Assembly (NCBI GenBank): GCA_963699545.1
Contig: CAVOUE010000006.1
Span: 64,001 to 128,000, forward strand
Length of the DNA stretch: 64,000 bases
Origin: Nitrospirota bacterium
Lineage (GTDB): Bacteria; Nitrospirota; Thermodesulfovibrionia; Thermodesulfovibrionales; UBA9159
Reading direction: 5' to 3'
A program made the translations under genes and the position numbers. Shown here one piece after another: positions 21,156 to 30,286 of the stretch (within the stretch, counting starts at the first letter, position 1; every line of letters begins with the position of its first letter). A model generated the notes under the pieces. The model was not told the origin of the DNA, searched no databases, and saw nothing but the letters and a program-made list of their open reading frames with translations.

Positions 21156-21249
21156 TTAGCACCATAATTCTGCATCTTGTTCATCTTATGTAGAATTATA
21201 CCCAGAGAATATAGTTGCAGGCAAGATCTATCTTTCTATGAAACTGCTC

Positions 21250-21278
21250 TTGACATTAAGGATGCCGGTCTTTAAAAT
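21250..21278 (+). promoter_or_regulatory. sigma70 promoter for the island cyclase-like gene
   Basis: TTGACA-17 nt-TAAAAT; GGGAGG RBS at 21315-21320. Confidence 0.75.
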
Positions 21279-21328
21279 CCGTTGAGATATGACTTGCCTT
21301 ACCTATTTTGAGAAGGGAGGATGTTTTT

Positions 21329-22201
21329 ATGGCGGACAACACGCTATTTTCATTATACCTTGTAATTTTTCTTGATCTCCTCGGTCAGCAAGATGCAATT
21401 AAAAGGATAGGAGATGATTTCCCTGCAAGTGATGAAAGTAGGGAGAAGTTTGCGATACCTGTCAGAGAGAGTCTGGGAAAGGTTCTTGACATCCGTAAGA
21501 CGTTTGAAGAATATTTCCACGCCTCGGCAAAATATATTCCAAATAATACTGAGAGTGTACCGCCTATGTACCGTGATGAGTACGTTTCTTGTTTCCAATC
21601 TGAGATAGATTTTTATTGCGTATCGGATTCAATAATTGTTTCATTACCGTTAACAAATGAAAATGAAAATGCGAAAGCTGTTAAAGGGCTATCGTCAGCT
21701 CTTGTGGCTACTGGCGCAATAGGGTTGGCGGCGCTTGCAAAGGGAATTGCCATTCGTGGAGGAATAGACGTTGGAATAGCCGCAAAGATTGATGATCGGG
21801 AAATATACGGGCCTGCATTACAGAAAGCTATTTATTTAGAAAGCGAGCTTGCGGAGTATCCACGTTTTCTTGTAGGCAATGGATTAGTAGGCTATTTGAG
21901 ATGGGTGGGAAAAAAGCAATTTCAGACTCCTTTTGGTGAGATCGCAAGAATCATGGCGCGACACTGTAGTGAAATGATTTTTCAGGATACAGATGGACGA
22001 GTTTGTCTGGATTTCCTTGGTACTAAATTTAAGGAAATCAGCGATAAAACCTTGACAATCGAGCTAATTAAGGAAGCGTGGAAGTTTGTGTCTTCTGAAT
22101 ACGAGAGATTTGCTAAGGAGGAAGATGTCAAATTGACATCTCGCTATTTTAGATTGATGTATTACTTCGTCTCTCGCAAGGGCATATGGGGAATCAATTG
22201 A
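21329..22201 (+). CDS. Hypothetical protein with class III nucleotidyl-cyclase-like motif pattern
   Basis: VIFLDLLG...CVSDSIIVS...IRGGIDVG...IYGPALQKAIYLES...EYPRF; fold call from motif spacing only. Confidence 0.55.
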   Translation: MADNTLFSLYLVIFLDLLGQQDAIKRIGDDFPASDESREKFAIPVRESLGKVLDIRKTFEEYFHASAKYIPNNTESVPPMYRDEYVSCFQSEIDFYCVSDSIIVSLPLTNENENAKAVKGLSSALVATGAIGLAALAKGIAIRGGIDVGIAAKIDDREIYGPALQKAIYLESELAEYPRFLVGNGLVGYLRWVGKKQFQTPFGEIARIMARHCSEMIFQDTDGRVCLDFLGTKFKEISDKTLTIELIKEAWKFVSSEYERFAKEEDVKLTSRYFRLMYYFVSRKGIWGIN

Positions 22202-22403
22202 TCTAATTAGAACGTATGAGAACGAAACAATACCTTTGTGTAAAGGGCATCATGGATGGTGAAAGAATCCCTGAAAAGGAGAAGAAGGAGGGCCAACCAC
22301 CTTTTCCCCGATTCTCAGTGGATAAGAGAATAACCCATTGACGCTTCCCGTATTTCCTGATAGATATGCTTTTTAAGTGCCTCCAGGGAAGGGACGCAGA
22401 GCT

Positions 22404-22524
22404 TGTCTAAAAACTCAGTACTTGTTTCCGCTGGCTTGACCGGGGGAAACATGACTATTAAGAAAGACTGGATTCCCGCCTACGCGGGAATGACGACTGC
22501 TATTGAAAAGCAAGTTGTTAGACA
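22404..22524. mobile_element. MITE-like element containing a REP-type palindrome
   Basis: Inverted ends TGTCTAAAAACT / AGTTGTTAGACA (11/12); internal CTGGATTCCCGCCTACGCGGGAATGAC at 22468-22494. Confidence 0.65.
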
Positions 22525-22597
22525 CGTTCCAAAGACAAGATCAGGGTTGAAATAACAAAAGACAATTATGACGTTCTCTAATATAATTATGATCTGA

Positions 22598-23570
22598 CTA
22601 TTTGTTGAGGACTTTTGCAGCATCCTTTGCAAAATAGGTAAGAATAAGATCCGCCCCGGCCCGCTTTATGGAGGTGAGGATCTCCATCATCATTCTTTCC
22701 TCATCGATCCATCCGAGCCTGCCCGCTGCCTTCACAAGGGAATATTCCCCGCTCACGTTGTATGCAGCCACAGGGACATCGAAATTGTCCTTCACATCCG
22801 AAATGATGTCCAGGTAGGAGAGAGCAGGCTTCACCATCACAATGTCCGCCCCTTCCTCGATATCAAGGGCAACCTCTTTCAGCGCCTCGATCCTGTTTGA
22901 CGGGTCCATCTGGTAGGAACGCCTGTCCCCAAACCGTGGAGTAGACTCCGCGGCCTCCCTGAAAGGCCCGTAGAAGGCAGAAGCGTATTTTGCGGCATAG
23001 GACATGATCGGCACTTCAGGGAATCCCTCATCGTCCAGCGCAAGGCGGATCGTTTCAACCCTGCCGTCCATCATATCCGAGGGTGCCACCATATCAGCAC
23101 CAGCCCTTGCGTGGGAAAGGGCTTCCTTTGCCAGAAGTTCGAGAGTGGGATCATTGGCCACATCCCCCCCCTCTATGATCCCGCAATGACCATGGCTCGT
23201 ATATTCGCACATGCAGACGTCCGTGATCACATACAACCCCGGCGCCGCATCTTTTATCGCCCTGATGGCTCTCTGCACGACTCCCCTGTCATCAAAGGCG
23301 CCGGACCCTTTTTCGTCCTTATGCTCGGGGATCCCGAAGAGTATCACCGAAGGAATGCCCAGGGAATGGACTTCCTTTGCGGTCCTGCCCACCTTGTCGA
23401 CGGACTCCTGGAAACACCCGGGCATTGCCAAGATCTCTTTCTTCACTCCCCTGCCATGGGTGACAAAGAGAGGATAGATGAAGTCATCAGGGCACAGCGT
23501 GGTTCTCCCTTACCATCCTCCTGATCGTCTCATTCTTCCTCAGCCTTCGGGGTCTATGAACGGGGAACAT
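22598..23570 (-). CDS. hemB: Porphobilinogen synthase, +1 error near 23505
   Basis: [11 protein letters not shown] from ATG 23570; [37 protein letters not shown]. Confidence 0.98.
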
Positions 23571-23589
23571 ACCTTGATCCGGTCCTCTC

Positions 23590-23910
23590 TTAGCCGCAGG
23601 AGCTGCAGCCCGAGTCGCAGGAAGAGGGCTCGCCGCCGGTAAGGATAAACCCCTGCCTCTCGCCATCCTCGATAAAATCGATCTGCATGCCGCCGAGGCT
23701 CTTGAGGGTATTTTGGTCGATGAAGACCTTCAGCCCGTCCTTCTCAACGACCTCGTCACCATCGCCGGGCTTCTCATCTAGATCCATGCCATAGGACGGC
23801 CCGCAACAGCCGCCGCCCGCGCTATAGATCCGCAGGCCCCAGTCAGCCTTTCCTTCCGCCGTGAGTATCTCCTTTGCCTTTTTCGTCGCCACTTCCGATA
23901 TTGTTACCAC
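23590..23910 (-). CDS. HesB/IscA-family Fe-S assembly protein
   Basis: AAGGAGG RBS then GTG at 23910; LRIYSAGGGCCGPSYGM, C-terminal SCDSGCSSCG. Confidence 0.9.
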   Translation of the reverse strand: MVTISEVATKKAKEILTAEGKADWGLRIYSAGGGCCGPSYGMDLDEKPGDGDEVVEKDGLKVFIDQNTLKSLGGMQIDFIEDGERQGFILTGGEPSSCDSGCSSCG

Positions 23911-24119
23911 AACATCCTCCTTATGGTTCCTCTCCAAATATCTTGCGATATAGGGAAGACCTTTTTATTTAAGATAAAGGAAAAGCGGCTGAAAAAGCAA
24001 GGAAACAGGGCGAATGATTCCCGTCAGACAGCAAGCGGTTTTATCCTGTTATTGCAAAGGCCGGATTTTCTGATAAGATGAAATAAAGATCAACGCGTGC
24101 ACGCAAGGAGCGTGCGGAC

Positions 24120-24362
24120 ATGAAAACCAGGGTCAAAGAAATACTAAGAACGTTGAACGAGATCGGCGAGGGCGCCGAAGACTGCATGTCATTGTTACAG
24201 ACCTCATTCCTTTACCATTCACTGCGCCTGATCGAAGGGCTCTGCATCCCTTTTGCGTCATCTCTCTATATCAACATGCTGGACGAGATAAAGAATATCG
24301 GCTGGCACGCAAGAGAGATAGCCACGAAGCTCACCGCTGAAATGGGAGGAGAAGTAGATTAG
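24120..24362 (+). CDS. Small hypothetical protein resembling the ends of a PhoU-like domain (possible deletion remnant)
   Basis: RLIEGLC...ASSLYINMLD...IGWHA recalls the C-terminal PhoU-like helix of Na/Pi cotransporters; AAGGAG RBS. Confidence 0.45.
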   Translation: MKTRVKEILRTLNEIGEGAEDCMSLLQTSFLYHSLRLIEGLCIPFASSLYINMLDEIKNIGWHAREIATKLTAEMGGEVD

Positions 24363-24365
24363 CAG

Positions 24366-25280
24366 ATGTCGGTGATCGTTGCCTATCGCACACTCTCCCG
24401 TGCGGAGCTCTGGGAACGCGTAGAGCTTGCTGAAGAACTCTTAAATGAATGCGACCTCTGCCCGAGAAACTGTGGGATTGACAGGACTGCCGGAGAGACC
24501 GGCTTCTGCAAGACCGGCGACAAGCCGCTGGTCTCAAGCTGGGGGCCCCATTTCGGAGAGGAAAGACCTCTGGTGGGGAGGTTCGGATCGGGGACTATAT
24601 TTTTCAGCCGCTGCAATCTCGGCTGCGTCTTCTGTCAGAACTGGACGATAAGCCATCAGGGAAAAGGAGAGGAGATCTCCTTCGGACGGCTCGCCGGGAT
24701 CATGCTGGAACTTCAGGAGGCCGGATGCCATAACATCAACCTCGTGACGCCGACCCATCAAACGCCGATGATCCTCCGCGCGCTATCGCTTGCCGCAGAA
24801 AAGGGACTCGCCATTCCCATTGTTTACAACTGTGGCGGATACGAATCCGTCGAGACGCTGAAACTCCTGGAAGGGGTCGTTGATATCTACATGCCTGATT
24901 TCAAATACGCAGACCCTGACATGGCTTTCCGTTACTCGCAAGCGGACGACTACCCCCGGGTAGCAAAGGCCGCGCTCAAAGAGATGCATGCCCAGGTGGG
25001 CGACCTCTCCATGGATGTGAAGGGCATCGCTCTGCGTGGCCTCCTCGTCCGTCATCTTGTCCTGCCCGGGGGCATTGCGGGGACAGGAGAGGTGGTGCGG
25101 TTTATTGCAGAGGAGATATCCCGGGAGACGTATGTAAACATCATGGACCAGTATCATCCCTGCTGCAAGGCTTCAGAATACCCGCCCATCAACAGAAGGA
25201 TCACGAGCAGAGAATACGCAGAGGCGGTCAGGATGGCGATCGCTGCCGGCCTTACAAGGATCGATGGCGTTACGACCTGA
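24366..25280 (+). CDS. Radical SAM protein, PflX-like
   Basis: CDLCPRNC, PHFGEERPL, CNLGCVFCQN, HNINLVTPTH, LLVRHLVLP. Confidence 0.92.
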   Translation: MSVIVAYRTLSRAELWERVELAEELLNECDLCPRNCGIDRTAGETGFCKTGDKPLVSSWGPHFGEERPLVGRFGSGTIFFSRCNLGCVFCQNWTISHQGKGEEISFGRLAGIMLELQEAGCHNINLVTPTHQTPMILRALSLAAEKGLAIPIVYNCGGYESVETLKLLEGVVDIYMPDFKYADPDMAFRYSQADDYPRVAKAALKEMHAQVGDLSMDVKGIALRGLLVRHLVLPGGIAGTGEVVRFIAEEISRETYVNIMDQYHPCCKASEYPPINRRITSREYAEAVRMAIAAGLTRIDGVTT

Positions 25281-25404
25281 AACCATTCACTTCAGGATGA
25301 TTTGAATTTTTTCACGTAAATTGTTAAAGTGGTTCATGATCGCGCCGCCCCCGTTTTCGAGAAGAGGTGTTATGTCAGTAAGAGAAGAGGAGGCTTCATA
25401 GTCT

Positions 25405-26571
25405 ATGGAAAGCAAGACGATACTGGTAATTGACGCTAACACCGAGACTGCTCAGAACATCGTAGCGACCCTCGAATCCGAAGACTATCTTGTCTTTATG
25501 TCCCCCGCTGCAGAGTTCGCTGTTGCCATCGCCCGAAAAGTGAAACCGGCGCTCATATTGGTCAACACCACCATCTCCGGGGCGGGCTCCCTGGATATCT
25601 GCGCAAAGCTGCACGAAATGGAGGAACTCAGGAGCGTGCCGATCATAGCCCTCATCTCGTTCCCGGGAGAGATGGACCCGCGTTATCGCTCTGAATATGG
25701 GATTGTGGACCTGCTCAGTCAACCCTTTACCGGCGAGGAGCTTACGGCAAAGGTCGCCGGTGCCCTTTCCATGCGGCCGCTTGATTCGATACAGGAAGAA
25801 GGGCCGATGACGTCTGAACACCTGGAAGAAGCTGCGGGCCCGGAAGAGGTACCTGTGGAGAAGACAGGCAAGTCTGACAGGATCGTCGTGAGACTGAAGG
25901 AGAAGAGAGAAGAGACCGGGAACGTGCAGGTCTCCGAGGAGGGAACTGACGCTTCGCTCCAGCCCGTCGAGAGCAGGGAAGTCACAGAGGAAGAACGTGA
26001 AAAGGCATTCACGGCCAGGAAGCCTTTGAGGAGGAAAGGCTCAGCAAGCACGCTGTCTCCTGCGGTTATTGCCGCTGCACTCATCATCATACTGGGCGCG
26101 GCCGGGGTGATCGTCTATAAAATGGGCATCTTTGCGGGGACGGAAGCGAAAAGACCTGTAGCGGTGAAATCTGCCCAACCCGCTGGAGTGCAGCCTCTCC
26201 CGCCATCGCCGGCACCCGAACAGAACCCTCAGCAGGAAGTTTTGCGGGATACGCCCAAACCCCCTGCGCCGGTCTCCCCTCCTGCAGCAGCGTCTTCGCC
26301 CTCCCCTGCGCACGTGGCTGAGAAGAAGGGGGCGGGCAAAACAGTATATTCTGTTCAGATCGGTGCATTCAAGAGCGAGAAGAATGCCGAGGCCCTCGCA
26401 AAACAGTATACGGAGAAGGGGTATGACGCCTTTGTCCGGACTGCTCCAAAGGACAAAGAAATGCTCCACAGGGTCTTGATAGGGAAGTTTGAAGCCCGGA
26501 AAGAGGCAGGGAAACTGGCCAGAGATATCCGAAACAGGGAAAACGTTCAGGTACTTGTCGTGGGGGACTGA
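25405..26571 (+). CDS. Pseudo-receiver domain - acidic linker - TM helix - Pro-rich linker - SPOR domain protein
   Basis: N-terminal REC fold; TM AVIAAALIIILGAAGVIVY; C-terminal YSVQIGAF...NA...HRVLIGKF. Confidence 0.85.
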   Translation: MESKTILVIDANTETAQNIVATLESEDYLVFMSPAAEFAVAIARKVKPALILVNTTISGAGSLDICAKLHEMEELRSVPIIALISFPGEMDPRYRSEYGIVDLLSQPFTGEELTAKVAGALSMRPLDSIQEEGPMTSEHLEEAAGPEEVPVEKTGKSDRIVVRLKEKREETGNVQVSEEGTDASLQPVESREVTEEEREKAFTARKPLRRKGSASTLSPAVIAAALIIILGAAGVIVYKMGIFAGTEAKRPVAVKSAQPAGVQPLPPSPAPEQNPQQEVLRDTPKPPAPVSPPAAASSPSPAHVAEKKGAGKTVYSVQIGAFKSEKNAEALAKQYTEKGYDAFVRTAPKDKEMLHRVLIGKFEARKEAGKLARDIRNRENVQVLVVGD

Positions 26572-26705
26572 GGGCAGACTCCAAAGTCAATCTCCTCCCG
26601 GTCCTTCGGACCCGGCTATCCGGATAACCCTCCTCCCCGTTCTTCACCCGTATCACGAACCCGTTGCGCTCCTCTGTCTTTCTTTGATTTGACCCCTTAT
26701 CAGAG

Positions 26706-26803
26706 TTGACAAAGGCCCCATTTCCTTTTTATTATACTTAGACGGCAAACGGTTACCATCCACCGCGTCTATGCCAGCCAATTAAGGTATAGACGTTGTT
26801 TTT
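26706..26803 (+). promoter_or_regulatory. Promoter plus leader with a terminator-like hairpin (candidate attenuator)
   Basis: TTGACA 26706, TATTAT 26730; stem CGTCTATGCC 26766-26775 / GGTATAGACG 26786-26795, then TTGTTTTT. Confidence 0.6.
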
Positions 26804-26833
26804 ACTGATCACGAAAGGATAAGAAGGACTCTT

Positions 26834-27253
26834 GTGGACCAAAAAAGCGCCGGACTCAGTATTACGATCTTTTTTTGCCAGCAAATAGACCCAAAGCAGG
26901 ACGTCAACAGGCGTGCCCTTGAAAGAGAGCTGGGTGAGCAGATCCGGTTCTTTCCCCTGCCGTGCAGTGGCCGCATCGATCCCCTTCACCTCATGCGCGC
27001 CCTCGAATCAGGGGCTGATAAGGTATATCTGGTCACCTGTCCCGAAGGGGCATGCCATTATCGCGAAGGGAATGTACGCGCCAAAAAGCGCATCGCCTAT
27101 ACCCAGGGTTTGATCGAAGAGATAGGCCTTGAGCGGGAGCGTCTGGAGTTGATTGTCACCTCTGCAGGGAATCCTGTGACTGTAGATGAACTGGCGCGTG
27201 AGCTCCTTGCCCGGGAGGCGTCGATCGGACCCTCTCCGGTGAAGGGAAAATAG
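26834..27253 (+). CDS. mvhD: MvhD/FlpD-family [2Fe-2S] electron-transfer subunit
   Basis: FFC, LPCSGRIDP, GADKV, CPEGACHYREGN. Confidence 0.9.
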   Translation: MDQKSAGLSITIFFCQQIDPKQDVNRRALERELGEQIRFFPLPCSGRIDPLHLMRALESGADKVYLVTCPEGACHYREGNVRAKKRIAYTQGLIEEIGLERERLELIVTSAGNPVTVDELARELLAREASIGPSPVKGK

Positions 27254-27293
27254 GCTTGAAGATAAAAACAGCTGATGATGAAGGAGTAAGAGC

Positions 27294-27962
27294 ATGATTA
27301 CTGCGGAAAGAAAACCTATTGCAGAAATTAAAGAAATGCTGGCGCCCTACAGGAAGATACTGGTAGTGGGCTGCGGGTCCTGCGTGGCTGAGTGTGCATC
27401 GGGAGGCGAAAAAGAGGTGGGACTTCTCTCTTCCGCACTCCGCATGGACGCGAAGGCATCCGGGAAAGAGATAGAACTGAAAGAGATGACGCTGGACCGC
27501 CAGTGCGTCTATGAGTTTATTGACCAGTTGACAGACGTGATCGGCCAGTACGACATTGTCCTCTCGCTCGCGTGCGGCGCAGGGGTACAGGCCGTTGCAG
27601 AGGTCTTCCCAAAGGTCCTTATTGTCCCTGCCCTCAATACAACGTTCCTCGGAGAGACAAAAGAGGCGGGTCTCTGGGTGGAGAACTGCCGTGGCTGCGG
27701 TGACTGCAAGCTCGGGGTTTTCGCTGCCGTATGCCCTGTCACCCGTTGCGCCAAAGGGCTGTTCAACGGCCCCTGCGGCGGCTCCAGGACTGACCGTTGC
27801 GAGGTCGATCCCGATGTGCCCTGCGCGTGGCAGCTCATTGTCTCCAGACTCGAAGATGTGGGTCGGCTTGACCTTCTGCGAAAGGTCCATCCCCCGGCGG
27901 ATTGGTCAAAGCAGCAGGGGAAGGGACCGAGGAAGATCAAGAGGGAGGACCAGAGAACGTGA
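27294..27962 (+). CDS. metV: Methylenetetrahydrofolate reductase Fe-S subunit
   Basis: MITAERKP, GCGSCVAEC, CRGCGDC, CPVTRCAKGLFNGPCGG, CAW. Confidence 0.93.
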   Translation: MITAERKPIAEIKEMLAPYRKILVVGCGSCVAECASGGEKEVGLLSSALRMDAKASGKEIELKEMTLDRQCVYEFIDQLTDVIGQYDIVLSLACGAGVQAVAEVFPKVLIVPALNTTFLGETKEAGLWVENCRGCGDCKLGVFAAVCPVTRCAKGLFNGPCGGSRTDRCEVDPDVPCAWQLIVSRLEDVGRLDLLRKVHPPADWSKQQGKGPRKIKREDQRT

Positions 27963-28882
27963 TGACCGAAAGCCGGCTCAAAAAGGTTTTACATAGTGGA
28001 GATTTCGCCGTTACCGCTGAATGCGGCCCACCAAAGGGAGCCGACCCCGAGGTCGTAAGAAACAAAGGAAAGCTCCTTAAGGGTTATGTGGACAGCGCGA
28101 ATGTTACTGACAACCAGACCGGTGTGGTCCGTCTTTGCAGTCTCGCTGCCTGTGCCTTGCTCAAGGCCGAGGGGCTTGACCCCGTCCTCCAGATGGTCAC
28201 CCGTGACCGTAACCGTATTGCTCTCCAGTCGGACGTCCTTGGGGCCTCTGCACTTGGCATACGTAACATCCTCTGTCTTTCCGGCGATCATCAGTCATTC
28301 GGCAACCAGCCCCAGGCAAAAGGCGTCTTTGACATCGACTCCGTTCAGTTGATACAGGCCGTGCGTCAGATGAGAGATGCCGGCGAGATCATCGGAGGCG
28401 AGAAGCTGACCGCGTCGCCTCAACTGTTTATCGGGGCCGTGGCAAACCCCTTTGCGGATCCTTTTAAGTACCGGGCTGCCCGTCTCGCTACGAAAGTGGA
28501 GGCAGGCGCGGAGTTCATACAGACCCAGTGCATTTTCAATCTCAAGCGCTTCAAAGAGTGGATGGACCTCGTAAAAGACTACGGGATGGATAACAAGGTC
28601 TCCATCCTCGGCGGGATCACGCCCCTTAAGTCTGTCCGCATGGCAGAGTACATGGCGAAGCAGGTGGCCGGCATGGATGTGCCCGAAGAGGTCATCAGCA
28701 GGATGAAAGCGGCGCCCGCAAAAGAACAGCGGCAGGAAGGGATCAAGATAGCCGTGGAAACGATCCAGGCCCTTCAGGAGATGAAGGGTGTTCACGGGGT
28801 CCATATCATGGCGATCGAATGGGAAGATGTCGTTCCACAAATAGTTCAGGAGGCGAAACTTTTCCCGAGGCCCCAGGTTTGA
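27962..28882 (+). CDS. metF: Methylenetetrahydrofolate reductase, FAD subunit
   Basis: VTAECGPPKG, NVTDN, RDRNRIALQSD, GAEFIQTQ, GVHIMA; stop/start overlap with metV. Confidence 0.95.
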   Translation: MTESRLKKVLHSGDFAVTAECGPPKGADPEVVRNKGKLLKGYVDSANVTDNQTGVVRLCSLAACALLKAEGLDPVLQMVTRDRNRIALQSDVLGASALGIRNILCLSGDHQSFGNQPQAKGVFDIDSVQLIQAVRQMRDAGEIIGGEKLTASPQLFIGAVANPFADPFKYRAARLATKVEAGAEFIQTQCIFNLKRFKEWMDLVKDYGMDNKVSILGGITPLKSVRMAEYMAKQVAGMDVPEEVISRMKAAPAKEQRQEGIKIAVETIQALQEMKGVHGVHIMAIEWEDVVPQIVQEAKLFPRPQV

Positions 28883-28897
28883 GAGGAGAGAGGAGCT

Positions 28898-30282
28898 ATG
28901 CCCCCTAAATATCATATTCATACCAGCCAGGCAGCAAACCGGCTTCAGTCGATCACCCGGTCGGGAGTCATTGCATGGGAAGAAGGGTGCCTCAAATGCG
29001 CCCGCTGCGTGAAGAAGGATTGCGTCTACAAGGTATATGAAAAGCGGGGTATTGACGCCGGCCAGATGCTCGAATCCCTCGACAGCGTCTGCAAGGACTG
29101 CTTCCGCTGCGTCCAGGGCTGTCCGAACAAGCTTATCCAGAAGGGGCTCAATCCCTCATATAAAGACCTCGGAGATCATTACTGGACGCCGGAGATCATT
29201 TCGGCGCTCTGGTTTCAGGCAGAAGCGGGACGCATCCCTGTTTCCGGCGCCGGTTACGGGGGACCTTTCTCCGGGCCCGGTTTTGACGCCATGTGGACAG
29301 ACATGTCCGAAATAGTCCGGCCTACAAGGGATGGTATCCACGGCCGCGAATACATAAGCACCGTGACCGATATCGGCCGCAAGGTGATGGCCCTCGAATT
29401 CGATCATTCGGGCGCACTTTCGATAACTCCGCCGCCCCTTGTGGAGATACCGCTGCCGATTATTTTCGACATACTGCCCTGGTCGCCGCCTCGGAAAGGG
29501 ATCAATCTCGCCCTTCTCGAAGGAGCACGGTCGCTGGGCACCTTTGCGGTTATCCGGCAGAGCGAGTTCGATCCGGCGATGGAGGAGTATCTCCCCAGCA
29601 TGGTCCTTTACGCTGACGGGAGGTTATCCGATATCGAGTCCGGCGGTCCTGCGCACGTTGCGCCTGATAGAGATACCGTACGGGGAAGAAGTCATCGCCG
29701 CACAGAACGCCCTGAAAGAAAAGTACCCCGGCCTCGTGACAATTATCCGGATGGAACTCGGTCCTGACTCATCGGAGAATGTCTTCCGGCTCACCACAGA
29801 AGGGGCCGAGGCCATACATCTTGTTGCCGACGAATACGGCCTTGAAAAGGCCGATAAGCCTCTCTTCATAAAAGAACGGGTGAAGGAGATCCACCTTCAC
29901 CTCGTGGAGAAGGGAGTGCGGGACCAGATCACCCTTATCGCAGGCGGGGGCATCGCGATGGCGGAACATGTGGCAAAGCAGATCATCTGCGGTGCCGACC
30001 TCTTGTCCGTTGACATACCGCTCCTCGTTGCCATGGAGTGCAGGGTGTGCCGCCGCTGCAAGGAGGGCATTGCCTGTCCCGTGGGGCTTGACAGTGTTGA
30101 CCCCGTCTGGGGCTGCCGGCCGCATAAGGAACCTCATGGCAGGCTGGCATAACCAGCTTCTGGAGATCCTGGGCGCCATGGGTATCCGTGAGGTGAGAAG
30201 ACTGCGGGGCGAAATGGGCCGGGCCATGTTCTTCGAAGATCTTGAAAAAAATATTTTCGCCACTCTGGGCAAAAGAAGTTGA
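28898..30282 (+). CDS. Ferredoxin plus degenerate glutamate-synthase FMN-barrel protein (frameshifts near 29635 and 30115)
   Basis: CLKCARC and CKDCFRCVQGCP; RDQITLIAGGGI, CRVCRRC, GAMGIREVRRLRGE spread over three ORFs. Confidence 0.8.
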
Positions 30283-30286
30283 GGGA

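Larger units (their letters stand above)
20051..22597. mobile_element. AT-rich genomic islet integrated in the 3' end of hemB
   Basis: Bounded by the direct repeats 20000-20050 and 22598-22648; visibly more AT-rich; two divergent accessory genes; no integrase. Confidence 0.85.

Noticed and set aside
26741-26760. c-di-GMP-I riboswitch suggested by GGCAAAC
   Set aside because: The rest of the consensus (GAAA-capped P2, GCAAAGC) is absent.
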